Assembly: GCA_041659065.1 (NCBI GenBank)
Contig: JBAZYY010000007.1
Coordinates: forward strand, 863 to 64,862
Length of the DNA: 64,000 nucleotides
DNA from: Parcubacteria group bacterium
Lineage (GTDB): Bacteria > Patescibacteriota > Minisyncoccia > Moranbacterales > UBA11712
Direction of reading: 5' to 3'
The notes beneath the pieces are model-generated. The model did not search any database. It saw only the letters and a list, made by a program, of their open reading frames with translations, and was not told the origin of the DNA. The position numbers were made by a program, and so were the translations under genes. Below are positions 27,843 to 36,586 of the stretch, piece by piece; position 1 is the stretch's first letter, and every line of letters begins with the position of its first letter.

Positions 27843-28514
27843 TTAATTACGAATGGCAGTTGCGAGATAGCTAATCGGGCACAACCTCGTTATCTCGCAT
27901 GCCAAGCCTATTCTTTCGAATAATTTCCGCAAATCATTTTTGGAGAACCGGCGGGAAAAGAGCCCTTCCCTAGTTTGAATTGATATAGAATCCTCCTTCT
28001 CGATTTTGAGGCCTAGTCTTTGATAATTTTCAATTTGTGCTTCCCGTGCGTTTTCCGAAAAAACGCTCAAAATTATTTTGCCTCCTGGTTTAAGTGTTCT
28101 TTTCATCTCGGCTAGGACTGCGAGTTCAAGGCCGGGCATATTGCCGAAAGTGGCGTTTACGCAGAGCGCGCAGTTAAAGGAGCCGTCTTTAAAAGGAATT
28201 TGCTGTGCCAAAGCAAGAGCTAAAAGGACACTTTGGATGTTGGCGAGATCGGACTTTGCCCTTTTAAGCAATGACCAGCTGAAATCAAGGCCGACGGCCA
28301 GATTCGCGTTACCTCCAATAATTTCCAGCAGTCGACCGTAGCCACAACCCACTTCGAGGATAACTTGAGTGGCTTTGACATTTTCGGAGAGGTAAGCTAT
28401 TTCAGATTCAATGAACTCCCTGATCGATTCGGGAGGGGAGAGGACCATATGTTCGAAATTGTTCGTATAAAAGAACTCTCTGACCATTCTTTGCAGTCCG
28501 TCTATCGTATCCAT
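27843..28514 (-). CDS. Class I SAM-dependent methyltransferase
   Basis: ILEVGCGYGR, GLDFS, PFKDGSF, LKPGG. AAGGAGG RBS before MDTID; hairpin at 27811-27834 downstream. Confidence 0.9.
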   Translation of the reverse strand: MDTIDGLQRMVREFFYTNNFEHMVLSPPESIREFIESEIAYLSENVKATQVILEVGCGYGRLLEIIGGNANLAVGLDFSWSLLKRAKSDLANIQSVLLALALAQQIPFKDGSFNCALCVNATFGNMPGLELAVLAEMKRTLKPGGKIILSVFSENAREAQIENYQRLGLKIEKEDSISIQTREGLFSRRFSKNDLRKLFERIGLACEITRLCPISYLATAIRN

Positions 28515-28735
28515 CAACTGCCTCCTTGCTTGATAATTAATCCCTTTATTGTATAATTTGCTAAAGGGCACTGTATTGTATAATAGGCTTTGTATATATT
28601 CAATAAATATTGAATGATAAAAATATTAGAATAGGATATAAACATAAATTAAGGCTTATAAATAACTATTTATTTGATACAGAAAGTGAGATAATAGTAT
28701 TCGGTTAACACCGAATAAATAATTTTAGTTAGAAA

Positions 28736-29485
28736 ATGGATATTCTAAAGATATTAGAAAAAATTGGAATGCGCGAAAAAAGAGCTGAGGTCTATCTGGC
28801 TTGTCTTGAAATGGGAGGAGCGACCGCATACGCAGTTGCAAAGAAAGTCGGTCTTAAGCGACCAACAGTTTATGATATCCTAAACCAGCTTATGATTGAG
28901 GGGTTGGTGTATAAGTCCTATAAGGGCACTGTTAAATATTATTCCCCAGCTGATCCGCAAAAGCTCGTAGATTCAATAGCTGAAACGGAAAGTAAGCTCA
29001 AAAGTGCGATGCCGATACTTCAGAATCTGTATAATTCACCCAAAGCTAAACCGCTCATAAGATATTTTGAGGGAAAAAACGGAATCAAAGAAATGGTAGA
29101 AGATACTTTGAGGACTCTCAAGAAGGGGGATGAAATACTGGCATACGTCGGGCAAGATGTTTTGAAATATTTTCCGGTCTATATGAAAGACTATGTCAAA
29201 AGAAGAGCGGAAAGAGGGATTAGGCTAAGGGGTATATATAAAAAGGAAAAGGACATCATGGAATATATGAAGGGGAATCAGGAGCAATTGCGGGTCGCAA
29301 GGGTCCTGGATGAAAAACATTTTCCAGTGGATAATGAAACGAATATATATAAAAACAAAGTGGCGATTGCAAGCTACGGGCAGGAAATGTTTGGAATGAT
29401 TATCGAGTCGGAAGAAATCGCGCGGTCGCAAAGAGCGATCTTCGAATTGGCATGGCGAGGAAGTGAGACAATATCCAATTTCTAA
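28736..29485 (+). CDS. TrmB-family transcriptional regulator (copy 3)
   Basis: IGMREKRAEVYLACLEMG..GLKRPTVYDIL; RYFEGKNGI; IFELAW. Confidence 0.9.
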   Translation: MDILKILEKIGMREKRAEVYLACLEMGGATAYAVAKKVGLKRPTVYDILNQLMIEGLVYKSYKGTVKYYSPADPQKLVDSIAETESKLKSAMPILQNLYNSPKAKPLIRYFEGKNGIKEMVEDTLRTLKKGDEILAYVGQDVLKYFPVYMKDYVKRRAERGIRLRGIYKKEKDIMEYMKGNQEQLRVARVLDEKHFPVDNETNIYKNKVAIASYGQEMFGMIIESEEIARSQRAIFELAWRGSETISNF

Positions 29486-29573
29486 TATCTAATACCCAAT
29501 GAAAATCTTAAGATCAAATGTCTAATTCAAAATTTCGAAGCTTATTGGAAATTAGATATTGGTAATTAGAAAT
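29470..29573. repeat. Inverted pair of 7-nt periodic repeat tracts
   Basis: AATATCC AATTTCT AATATCT AATACCC ... ATTGGAA ATTAGAT ATTGGTA ATTAGAA. Confidence 0.6.
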
Positions 29574-29582
29574 TTTCTAAGT

Positions 29583-30194
29583 ATGGCTTCTCAAATTGCG
29601 CATGTAATTTATACCAAAAAATATCTTGAGCAGTATCCCAGGGTGGATGCGGATCTTTTCATTCTCGGAACTCTATTTGTTGATATTCGGAGAATCGCGA
29701 AGGAAATTAATCGCTCCGCGACGCATCACGCTTTTCATAAAATAGATCTCAACTTTTCCGATTTAAGTGCTTTTCAAGCCGGGTGGAAATTTCACTTATG
29801 GTGTGATATGAAAAGAGAAGAAATTCTGAATAAATATAAGTTCTATTTGCTCAAGCACACGACCGAACTCGGGCATCTGCCTGCGAAGCTTCTTGAGGAT
29901 GAAATTCTTTATGGCAAATATGACAATTGGGAAAAACTGGGATATCTGCTAAACAATCCCCCTGTCATCAAGCTGGATTTGCCGATCGAACAAAAAACGA
30001 TTGAGAGATGGTATGCGATTATAGCCAAATATTTTGAGAAAAAACCGGACGACAAAACCATGAAGGCTTTTCTTTTCAAACAATCGTCACTAAGGAAAAA
30101 GTCGGCCGACATTGTTGACGTCGTGCGCAAGTTGCGGAATAATCGAATAGCGGCAGAAATCCTGTCTGGAGTTCCAGGTGAAATTCTAGGGTGA
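29583..30194 (+). CDS. Putative metal-dependent hydrolase (zinc phospholipase C-like)
   Basis: N-terminal AH, LGTLFVD, ATHH, GWKFHLWCD spacing. Confidence 0.55.
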   Translation: MASQIAHVIYTKKYLEQYPRVDADLFILGTLFVDIRRIAKEINRSATHHAFHKIDLNFSDLSAFQAGWKFHLWCDMKREEILNKYKFYLLKHTTELGHLPAKLLEDEILYGKYDNWEKLGYLLNNPPVIKLDLPIEQKTIERWYAIIAKYFEKKPDDKTMKAFLFKQSSLRKKSADIVDVVRKLRNNRIAAEILSGVPGEILG

Positions 30195-30210
30195 GCGAAT
30201 TTGTTTTTAA

Positions 30211-30281
30211 CGGGCTGTGGTATAGTGGCATTACGCGCGATTCGGGTTCGCGTAATCCGAGTTCGATTCTCGGCAGCCCGA
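30211..30281 (+). tRNA. tRNA-Pro(CGG)
   Basis: CGGGCTG/CAGCCCG acceptor; CGCGA-TTCGGGT-TCGCG anticodon arm. Confidence 0.93.
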
Positions 30282-30285
30282 CAGT

Positions 30286-30666
30286 ATGATTCTTGTCCAA
30301 AAAGCTGCAATAAAAAAAGAAGACAAATATTTGATTCTGCTACGTTGTCCGGAGAATAATACTTTTCCTTTGTATTGGGATTTTCCCGGTGGAAAGTTAA
30401 AGAAGAATGAAAATCCGATTGACGGAATCAAAAGAGAGGTGCGGGAAGAAACTAATTTGGAGATTGAGCCCCTGGGGATTGAGGGGATATATGAGATGGC
30501 TGTAAATGATTCTGATTGCAGGTTTACCATTTATTCAACTCAGCCATCATCCGGCGATGTTAAATTAAGCTCGGAACATGTAGCATGCAGGTGGGCTGAT
30601 AAAAATGAAATTCTGAGTTTGAAAGTTGAACCATACCTAATAATGTATTTTAATGACCACAAATAA
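30286..30666 (+). CDS. NUDIX hydrolase (MutT-like)
   Basis: WDFPGGKLKKNE..REVREETNL. Confidence 0.9.
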   Translation: MILVQKAAIKKEDKYLILLRCPENNTFPLYWDFPGGKLKKNENPIDGIKREVREETNLEIEPLGIEGIYEMAVNDSDCRFTIYSTQPSSGDVKLSSEHVACRWADKNEILSLKVEPYLIMYFNDHK

Positions 30667-30669
30667 TTT

Positions 30670-31083
30670 ATGAAAAATATTCCCCGAGTTGGTATCGGAG
30701 TGATAATTAGAAAAGATAATAAAGTGCTCCTTGGAAAAAGAAAGAATGCGCATGGCGAAGGCACTTGGTGCTTTGCGGGCGGGAAACTTGAATATGGCGA
30801 AACATGGGAAGAATGTTCGGAGAGGGAGGTCGCGGAAGAAGTTGGGCTTAGAGTAAAAAATATTCATTTCAGCGGGATGGTGACGAATGATATTTTCCAG
30901 GAAGAGGGGAAGCATTACATTACTATCTTCATGATTTGCGATTATGTTTCAGGCGAAGCAAAAGTTATGGAACCGGATAAAGCGGAAAGATGGGATTGGT
31001 TTCTATGGAAAGCACTACCGGAGCCTTTGTTTTTGCCGATCCAAAATTTATTAAAGCGAAATTTTAATCCGTTCGAGATATGA
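30670..31083 (+). CDS. NUDIX hydrolase (NUDT15/MTH2-like)
   Basis: PRVGIGV, GGKLEYGE..REVAEEVG, HYITIFM, EPDK, PLFLP. Confidence 0.9.
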   Translation: MKNIPRVGIGVIIRKDNKVLLGKRKNAHGEGTWCFAGGKLEYGETWEECSEREVAEEVGLRVKNIHFSGMVTNDIFQEEGKHYITIFMICDYVSGEAKVMEPDKAERWDWFLWKALPEPLFLPIQNLLKRNFNPFEI

Positions 31084-31661
31084 AAATAATTCTCGCTACA
31101 ACTTCGCCTTATCGAAGAAAAGCATTCAAAGAACTTGGCCTGCAGTTTTCGGTTGCCGAAAGCAAAGCCAAAGAAAATTTTCCGAATCGACCCAATGATC
31201 CCAAAAAGCTGGTAAAAATGCTCGCGCGGATCAAAGCGGAAGCTGTCGCAAAAAGATATCCGAATGATTTTGTGATCGGATGCGATTCGGTTGGATGTTT
31301 CGGTGGAAAAATTTTTGAAAAACCCAAATCGAGAAAAGAAGAATTTGAACGGCTAAAAATGCTGTCGGGAAAGATCTTCTCATTTTACACGGGCGTATGC
31401 GCGCTAAAGCTGGATCGGAAAATAATTTTGGAGCGAGTCGTTGAAACGAAGGAAAAAATGAGAAAGATCAGCGATATGGAAATCAAAAAATATTTAGGTC
31501 AAGATCCTAATTTCAACACATACGCCATGGGATTTGATCCCTGCAAGCATTACAGTTCAACTTTTGTAAAAAGCATCAACGGCAGTCATAATAATTTCCT
31601 TTTGGGGTTTCCAATGGAAGATATCATGGAGATGTTGTTCGAGATGGGTTATACGTTATAA
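31080..31661 (+). CDS. Maf-family nucleoside triphosphate pyrophosphatase
   Basis: IILATTSPYRR, KAEAV, IGCDS, EKPK, LSGK. Confidence 0.88.
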   Translation: MKIILATTSPYRRKAFKELGLQFSVAESKAKENFPNRPNDPKKLVKMLARIKAEAVAKRYPNDFVIGCDSVGCFGGKIFEKPKSRKEEFERLKMLSGKIFSFYTGVCALKLDRKIILERVVETKEKMRKISDMEIKKYLGQDPNFNTYAMGFDPCKHYSSTFVKSINGSHNNFLLGFPMEDIMEMLFEMGYTL

Positions 31662-31670
31662 AATATCAAT

Positions 31671-32024
31671 ATGGGCATTAAAGTCGAATTCAATCCGGAT
31701 CTTGCGCTGCGCGATATTTCGGAATTCAAAGCCGGAAGGAGAAAAGAGGAAGAGTGTATTCCGGAAAATCTGAAGGAGGGCAAAACTTACCCCTTTCTCA
31801 AAAAGGACCAGCGAAATTACTGGATGCACGGGGAAGTGCCGCTTCTCGAAACCAAAGGCAATGAAGTGCTATCTCGCCCGAAAGCCAGCATCGTAATCCT
31901 AGAGGCAACCCATTTTGCGGAGAACGGGCAGATGTTTACGAAAGGGAAATACAGAGTAATCGAAGTATTTCGGGACGATAAACTTCACTTTGAATGCTTT
32001 GATAAGGTAGGCACGCGGAAATAG
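31671..32024 (+). CDS. Hypothetical protein
   Basis: Operonic ORF; MGIKVEFNPDLALR; no recognisable motif. Confidence 0.75.
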   Translation: MGIKVEFNPDLALRDISEFKAGRRKEEECIPENLKEGKTYPFLKKDQRNYWMHGEVPLLETKGNEVLSRPKASIVILEATHFAENGQMFTKGKYRVIEVFRDDKLHFECFDKVGTRK

Positions 32025-32074
32025 GACTATATACATAAGTGGGATAAGTACTATTAAAAAACCAAATTCATCCT

Positions 32075-32193
32075 GCGGACACTCCGAATGAGCAACGCGG
32101 AGTCGATCACTTGGCATGGCAATGATAAAGATGTTGCCAAAGGCACAACACAATGCCTTATCCGCTTTACTTGAGCCATGTTAAGCTGTGGCT
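32075..32193. ncRNA. Candidate structured RNA (multi-way junction)
   Basis: A closing stem encloses three 6-bp hairpins, and a fourth hairpin follows; intergenic. Confidence 0.4.
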
Positions 32194-32323
32194 GAAAAAT
32201 TCTGTTCGCGAGGGGAAAAAGAAAACCAGAAAGAAGGATGAGTATTCGGACAGCTATGTTTTTTCTAAAATAAAATAGAGCCTGGTCTTGTAATAATATT
32301 ATAAGAAGATATAATATAGGCAT

Positions 32324-32638
32324 ATGAAGGATTCGACGAGTGATAAAAATGAAAATCAGCCATCTGATTGGAAAGAAAAAGTCGAGGGATATCTCGGCGA
32401 GTTTGCGAAGCATTTGGCGGGCGGATTCGTGGAGAGGGTAAAAGAACGGGTACGCGAAATAATCGTGGCGATTCAGAAAAATGTCGTGGGGATGTTTTTA
32501 ATGCTCATTGGTTTCATCTTTGTCTTAATCGCGCTTGTTATTTTCATAAACGAACTGGTGGGTATCAGCAACGGCCTAGGCTACGCCGTGGTTGGCGTGG
32601 TAATTCTCTTAGTAGGGTTAATAATAATTAAAAAATAA
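32324..32638 (+). CDS. Two-TM membrane protein (YqjE/phage-holin-like)
   Basis: Soluble N-terminus and two C-terminal TM helices; paired with a DUF883-like gene. Confidence 0.65.
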   Translation: MKDSTSDKNENQPSDWKEKVEGYLGEFAKHLAGGFVERVKERVREIIVAIQKNVVGMFLMLIGFIFVLIALVIFINELVGISNGLGYAVVGVVILLVGLIIIKK

Positions 32639-32684
32639 TTCCAGACTAATTTCGCTTTGCGCAATAGTATGGAGCAAAAATTCC

Positions 32685-32912
32685 ATGGCTACAAAAGACA
32701 CAAAAAAGAAAGTCGAGGAAGCAAAAAAGAAAATGCAGGCAATGGTCGCGAAAGAGCTCAAGAGAGCTAAAGTTGAAATGGCGAAAGCTGCCAAGAAAGT
32801 CGAGGATTTCGTAAAGAAAAATCCGGAAAAGGCAGCCGTAATTTCAGCTGGTATCGGGGCGGCGATTGGCGCGGCAATTGCTTCTTTGGTTATGAAAAAA
32901 AAGAAAAAGTAG
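32685..32912 (+). CDS. DUF883/ElaB-like tail-anchored protein
   Basis: FVKKNPEKAAVISAGIGAAIG followed by a basic tail. Confidence 0.7.
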   Translation: MATKDTKKKVEEAKKKMQAMVAKELKRAKVEMAKAAKKVEDFVKKNPEKAAVISAGIGAAIGAAIASLVMKKKKK

Positions 32913-33016
32913 GATATTTGCTTCCGATTAGCTCGCAAACCCCAGTCAGCGCTGGGGTTTTACATATGCCCGTGAATTCGCTAGTATTCTATTGGGTATA
33001 AATTTAAAATATTCTT

Positions 33017-33310
33017 ATGAAAATTATTATTGATAATCCAAAAACAAGCGTGGCAAATTTTTTCCGCCGCGCCGGTTATCATTTTCAGAAAAACGAAGGC
33101 GATGAGATGGCGTTCATCCGGCAGCTTACGGATCAGCCTTTTCCAAGACTCCATTTATTCTGCAAGATAGTGGACTACAAATTCCAGATTAATATCCATA
33201 TTGATCACAAGCGGACAAGCTATGAAGGCACTAGCATGCATAGCGGTGAATACGGTGAAGACAATGATCTATTGAGTGCGGAGGTGGAGCGGCTGAAGAG
33301 AAATGGCTAG
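33017..33310 (+). CDS. Hypothetical protein
   Basis: RRAGY..FPRLH..HIDHK..HSGEY; clean ORF. Confidence 0.75.
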   Translation: MKIIIDNPKTSVANFFRRAGYHFQKNEGDEMAFIRQLTDQPFPRLHLFCKIVDYKFQINIHIDHKRTSYEGTSMHSGEYGEDNDLLSAEVERLKRNG

Positions 33311-33337
33311 CGGCTAAAACTAGTAAATATATTTAAC

Positions 33338-33373
33338 GGGCCTGTCGTATAGTGGCAATACACGGCATTCGCA
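33338..33373 (+). pseudogene. 5' half of a second tRNA-Ala(CGC)
   Basis: GGGCCTG TC GTAT AGTGGCA ATAC A CGGCA TT CGC A, truncated just after the anticodon. Confidence 0.7.
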
Positions 33374-33396
33374 CCCGAAGAAAATTTTGGAAAAGT

Positions 33397-33467
33397 GGGC
33401 TCGTAGTTCAGTGGTAGAACGGTGCATTCGCATTGCATAAATAGGGGTTCGATTCCCCTCGAGTCCA
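33397..33467 (+). tRNA. tRNA-Ala(CGC)
   Basis: GGGCTCG/CGAGTCC acceptor with G3-U70; GTGCA-TTCGCAT-TGCAT anticodon arm. Confidence 0.93.
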
Positions 33468-33552
33468 AAATTTAACGGGCCGGTCACTTGGATGGAGTTT
33501 CACCCTACGGGTGACCACCCGCAAGGATAGGAAAAACTTAATAAAAGATAAA

Positions 33553-33639
33553 GGAGAGATGCCAGAGTGGCCGAATGGGCCGCACTCGAAATGCGGTAGG
33601 GCAGCAATGTCCTCGGGGGTTCAACTCCCTCTCTCTCCG
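33553..33639 (+). tRNA. tRNA-Ser(CGA)
   Basis: GGAGAGA acceptor, CCGCA-CTCGAAA-TGCGG anticodon arm, long variable arm. Confidence 0.94.
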
Positions 33640-33678
33640 CAGAATAACAAAAAATACAAAAGATCTTTTTGCTAAAGT

Positions 33679-34220
33679 ATGAAAAAAATTTTAATAATCT
33701 CCGGAAGTCCCAGGCGAGGAAATACCGAATATATTTTAACAGAAATTTACAGCGGCTTGAGGGATGGAAGCGATTAATCCTACTCAGGGACTTGAAGTAC
33801 AGCCACTGTAAGGGTTGTTTGGCTTGCTATGAAACTGGCGAGTGCGTGCAGAGTGATGACATGAGAAATGTATTTGATAAATTATTAAAAGCCGAGTTGA
33901 TCATAATTGGTTCTCCGCTTTACTATGGCAACGTTTCGGGATTGACGAAGAGCCTTATCGATAGAACAATTCCTGCGTATGAAAACGAACTACTTAAAGG
34001 CAAAAAACTAATTTCGATTATGGTTGGCGGGGGCGAAACTAAAATTACCGCTAAATTTCATAAAGAAGCGATTAGAGGCTTTGTAAAATATAATAAACTA
34101 AAGCTTCTAAAAATTTTTAATTTTCAGGGGTTTGAAGCGAATGACCTAAGAGATGACCCTAGTGCAATGAAAGAAATTTCTAAAATAATAAAATCAGCAC
34201 TGGCTGACATTAGTTTATAA
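33679..34220 (+). pseudogene. Iron-sulfur flavoprotein / NADPH-FMN reductase family, frameshifted
   Basis: MKKILIISGSPRRGNT from ATG 33679 stops after 32 codons; CKGCLAC..C..DDM and GSPLYYG continue in the -1 frame. Confidence 0.8.
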
Positions 34221-34240
34221 AACTTTACGCAGGAATTAAA

Positions 34241-34978
34241 TTATTTACCCTTGTTATGGGGCATGTAATTTAGGTTCTTTCGGTAATCGATAAAAAGCGG
34301 TTCAACTTTCCCATTATCTCTTTTTATAATTGCAAACTCGAAATATCCGGGCATATATCCGGTTTCTTTTATAGCTGAATATATGTAAGACCTCAATTCA
34401 GGATCTTCGAAATCATAAATCAATCTCCTAGTATAATCGTTTTTTACTGTATACTTTGGTGTCGCGGTTCCAGCGGCAATCGGATTCTGAAGGCCGAATC
34501 TAAATTCCAAATATATATTTCTTTCGGCATCAATAACAATATTACCGCCGCAAATATTACCTGGGTTTTCAAATATTTTAATATCAAACTCGCCTATACG
34601 GCTATCTTCAATATGTGTTCGAACATGCGCTAATACCTCCTCGCGTGTTAAATTCGCAGCTGCTGGAGGGCGGAGTGCCTCTGGGGATTTTGGAACGGGC
34701 GCAATGTAAAAAGCCTCTGTCTCAATTTGATCGAAATATTTAGCAGGATCGTTAAGAAATGTAGCTAGATCGACTCGGATACTTTTAAATCGCGGTAGGT
34801 CCATTTTTTCTAGATTCCTATAACCTTCTTCTCTCGATTCATCAAATGATTGCGCAAGCTTGAATTGTCTGTAATCGCCAGCGGCGAGAGCAAGCTTTGC
34901 CCAATTTCTTGCGCAAACTTCCATAGGCATATTTGGGGTGTCTTTGTCATCCTTTAATATTTGCGGGTCTTTTTCCAT
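34241..34978 (-). CDS. Hypothetical protein
   Basis: 245-aa ORF; C-terminal GYFEF..LFIDY is weakly ATP-grasp-like. Confidence 0.7.
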   Translation of the reverse strand: MEKDPQILKDDKDTPNMPMEVCARNWAKLALAAGDYRQFKLAQSFDESREEGYRNLEKMDLPRFKSIRVDLATFLNDPAKYFDQIETEAFYIAPVPKSPEALRPPAAANLTREEVLAHVRTHIEDSRIGEFDIKIFENPGNICGGNIVIDAERNIYLEFRFGLQNPIAAGTATPKYTVKNDYTRRLIYDFEDPELRSYIYSAIKETGYMPGYFEFAIIKRDNGKVEPLFIDYRKNLNYMPHNKGK

Positions 34979-35107
34979 TAGTCAAAAGATTTAATATTGT
35001 TACTCTTATTCTATTATCTTACACGTATTTAAAGCAAACTTACAGGAATAGATTTTTTGCGCAGTTAGTGTAATATGAGAGGAGTGAAGGCTAGGGTACC
35101 TAATTTT

Positions 35108-35434
35108 ATGGGCAAGCTAAATTTAGAAGATTTAAATCAATTAATTCTCGCGCAGGCCAAGGAGAAGGGATTCAGAGTTAAGCCGGTTGAGATGAATGTG
35201 CCCGAGAAGATTGCGTTGATTCACTCAGAAATATCGGAAGCCTATGAAGCCTATCGGCATAAAAAATTTAGAGGGAAGGATAATTTTGCGGAGGAGCTGG
35301 CAGATGCCATAATAAGAATAATCCATCTGGGAGGAGTTTACGGCGCAAATCTCGAGAAAGAAATATTAAAGAAAATGAAAACCAATCAAAAGATAAATTG
35401 GGATTGGAATAAGATGAATGAGAAGCATGCCTAA
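35108..35434 (+). CDS. MazG-like all-alpha NTP pyrophosphatase
   Basis: IALIHSEISEAYEA..EELADAIIRI..KM..N. Confidence 0.85.
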   Translation: MGKLNLEDLNQLILAQAKEKGFRVKPVEMNVPEKIALIHSEISEAYEAYRHKKFRGKDNFAEELADAIIRIIHLGGVYGANLEKEILKKMKTNQKINWDWNKMNEKHA

Positions 35435-35452
35435 TCGCAGTAATATGAAATT

Positions 35453-35908
35453 ATGAAAAATACTCGTGACTTCACCGCGAACATAACAATTGTGCATGAT
35501 AATAAAGTCCTGCTGCATTTTCACAAGGATCTTAAGAGGTGGCTGCCGGTGGGTGGTCATATCGAAAAGGATGAGCTTCCCGAAGAAGCGGCAATCCGCG
35601 AGGCGAGGGAAGAAGCGGGGCTTGAAATTGAGCTGTATGATAATGATAAAGCTGACAGAATCGCAGATGCCAGACAATCGAGGCTGAAGATGCCGATGCA
35701 TATTTTTCTTGAAGATATTCACGAAGGGCACCAGCATATTGATTTTATTTACTACGCGAAGGCGAATACTTTCGAGTTAAATCCGGAAGAAGATGAATCA
35801 GTCGAACTACGTTGGTTCACAGCCGAGGAGCTGGATAAATTGGATGCGGGGCAGCCAATAAAATACATTGCGCGCGAAGCGCTGGAACTTTTGGGAGGAA
35901 AAAAATAA
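35453..35908 (+). CDS. NUDIX hydrolase
   Basis: WLPVGGHIEKDE..REAREEAG; HQHIDFIY. Confidence 0.9.
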   Translation: MKNTRDFTANITIVHDNKVLLHFHKDLKRWLPVGGHIEKDELPEEAAIREAREEAGLEIELYDNDKADRIADARQSRLKMPMHIFLEDIHEGHQHIDFIYYAKANTFELNPEEDESVELRWFTAEELDKLDAGQPIKYIAREALELLGGKK

Positions 35909-36020
35909 TCAGGCTCCCACACTTAAATAATAGGCTGGGCGGATGGCAGTCCGGGCTTTTTTTGTTTTTTCCGCTAAAATATGGACATATGCGAAAATCA
36001 GTGCTACTTTATAAAAACGG

Positions 36021-36545
36021 ATGAACGCATTCAACTCGATAATTCAAGAGCATTTAGGTCTAAGTATCGGGGCTGCAATTATAGTCTCCGTCCTGCTTTT
36101 AATTTGGAATATTTTCCTTCACATCAGTATCGGTCGAATCAGGGACAATCAGAAAAAAATATTTTCCGGAAAGGGCGCGGTAGATCTTGAGAAAATCATC
36201 ATGGATCACGCTCAAGGCATTAAGGAACTTGACCGGGATATTCAGGATCTGTATGGCATATCGAACCAAATTAATGACCTAGCTAAAAAATCGGTGCATA
36301 AAGTCGGTGTTATCAGATTTAATCCATTCAAGGATTTGGGCGGAGACCAAAGTTTTTCTATTGCGCTTCTCGATGGACAAAATAACGGAGTCGTAGTTTC
36401 AAGCCTTCATACTCGGGGAGGCAATCGTGTTTACGCCAAGCCCGTAGAGTTCGGAAAAGCGGTTAAGCATCCTTTGACCGAAGAAGAGCAAGAGGCAATC
36501 AAAAAAGCTGAAGCGAGCGCCGCGAAAATTGAACAGAAAGCTTAA
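36021..36545 (+). CDS. DUF4446 family membrane protein
   Basis: N-terminal TM; RFNPFKDLGGDQSFSIALLD..RVYAKP. Confidence 0.85.
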   Translation: MNAFNSIIQEHLGLSIGAAIIVSVLLLIWNIFLHISIGRIRDNQKKIFSGKGAVDLEKIIMDHAQGIKELDRDIQDLYGISNQINDLAKKSVHKVGVIRFNPFKDLGGDQSFSIALLDGQNNGVVVSSLHTRGGNRVYAKPVEFGKAVKHPLTEEEQEAIKKAEASAAKIEQKA

Positions 36546-36586
36546 TTTGCGTAACAAATAAATCAGGAAAGGAAATTTAGAATATA

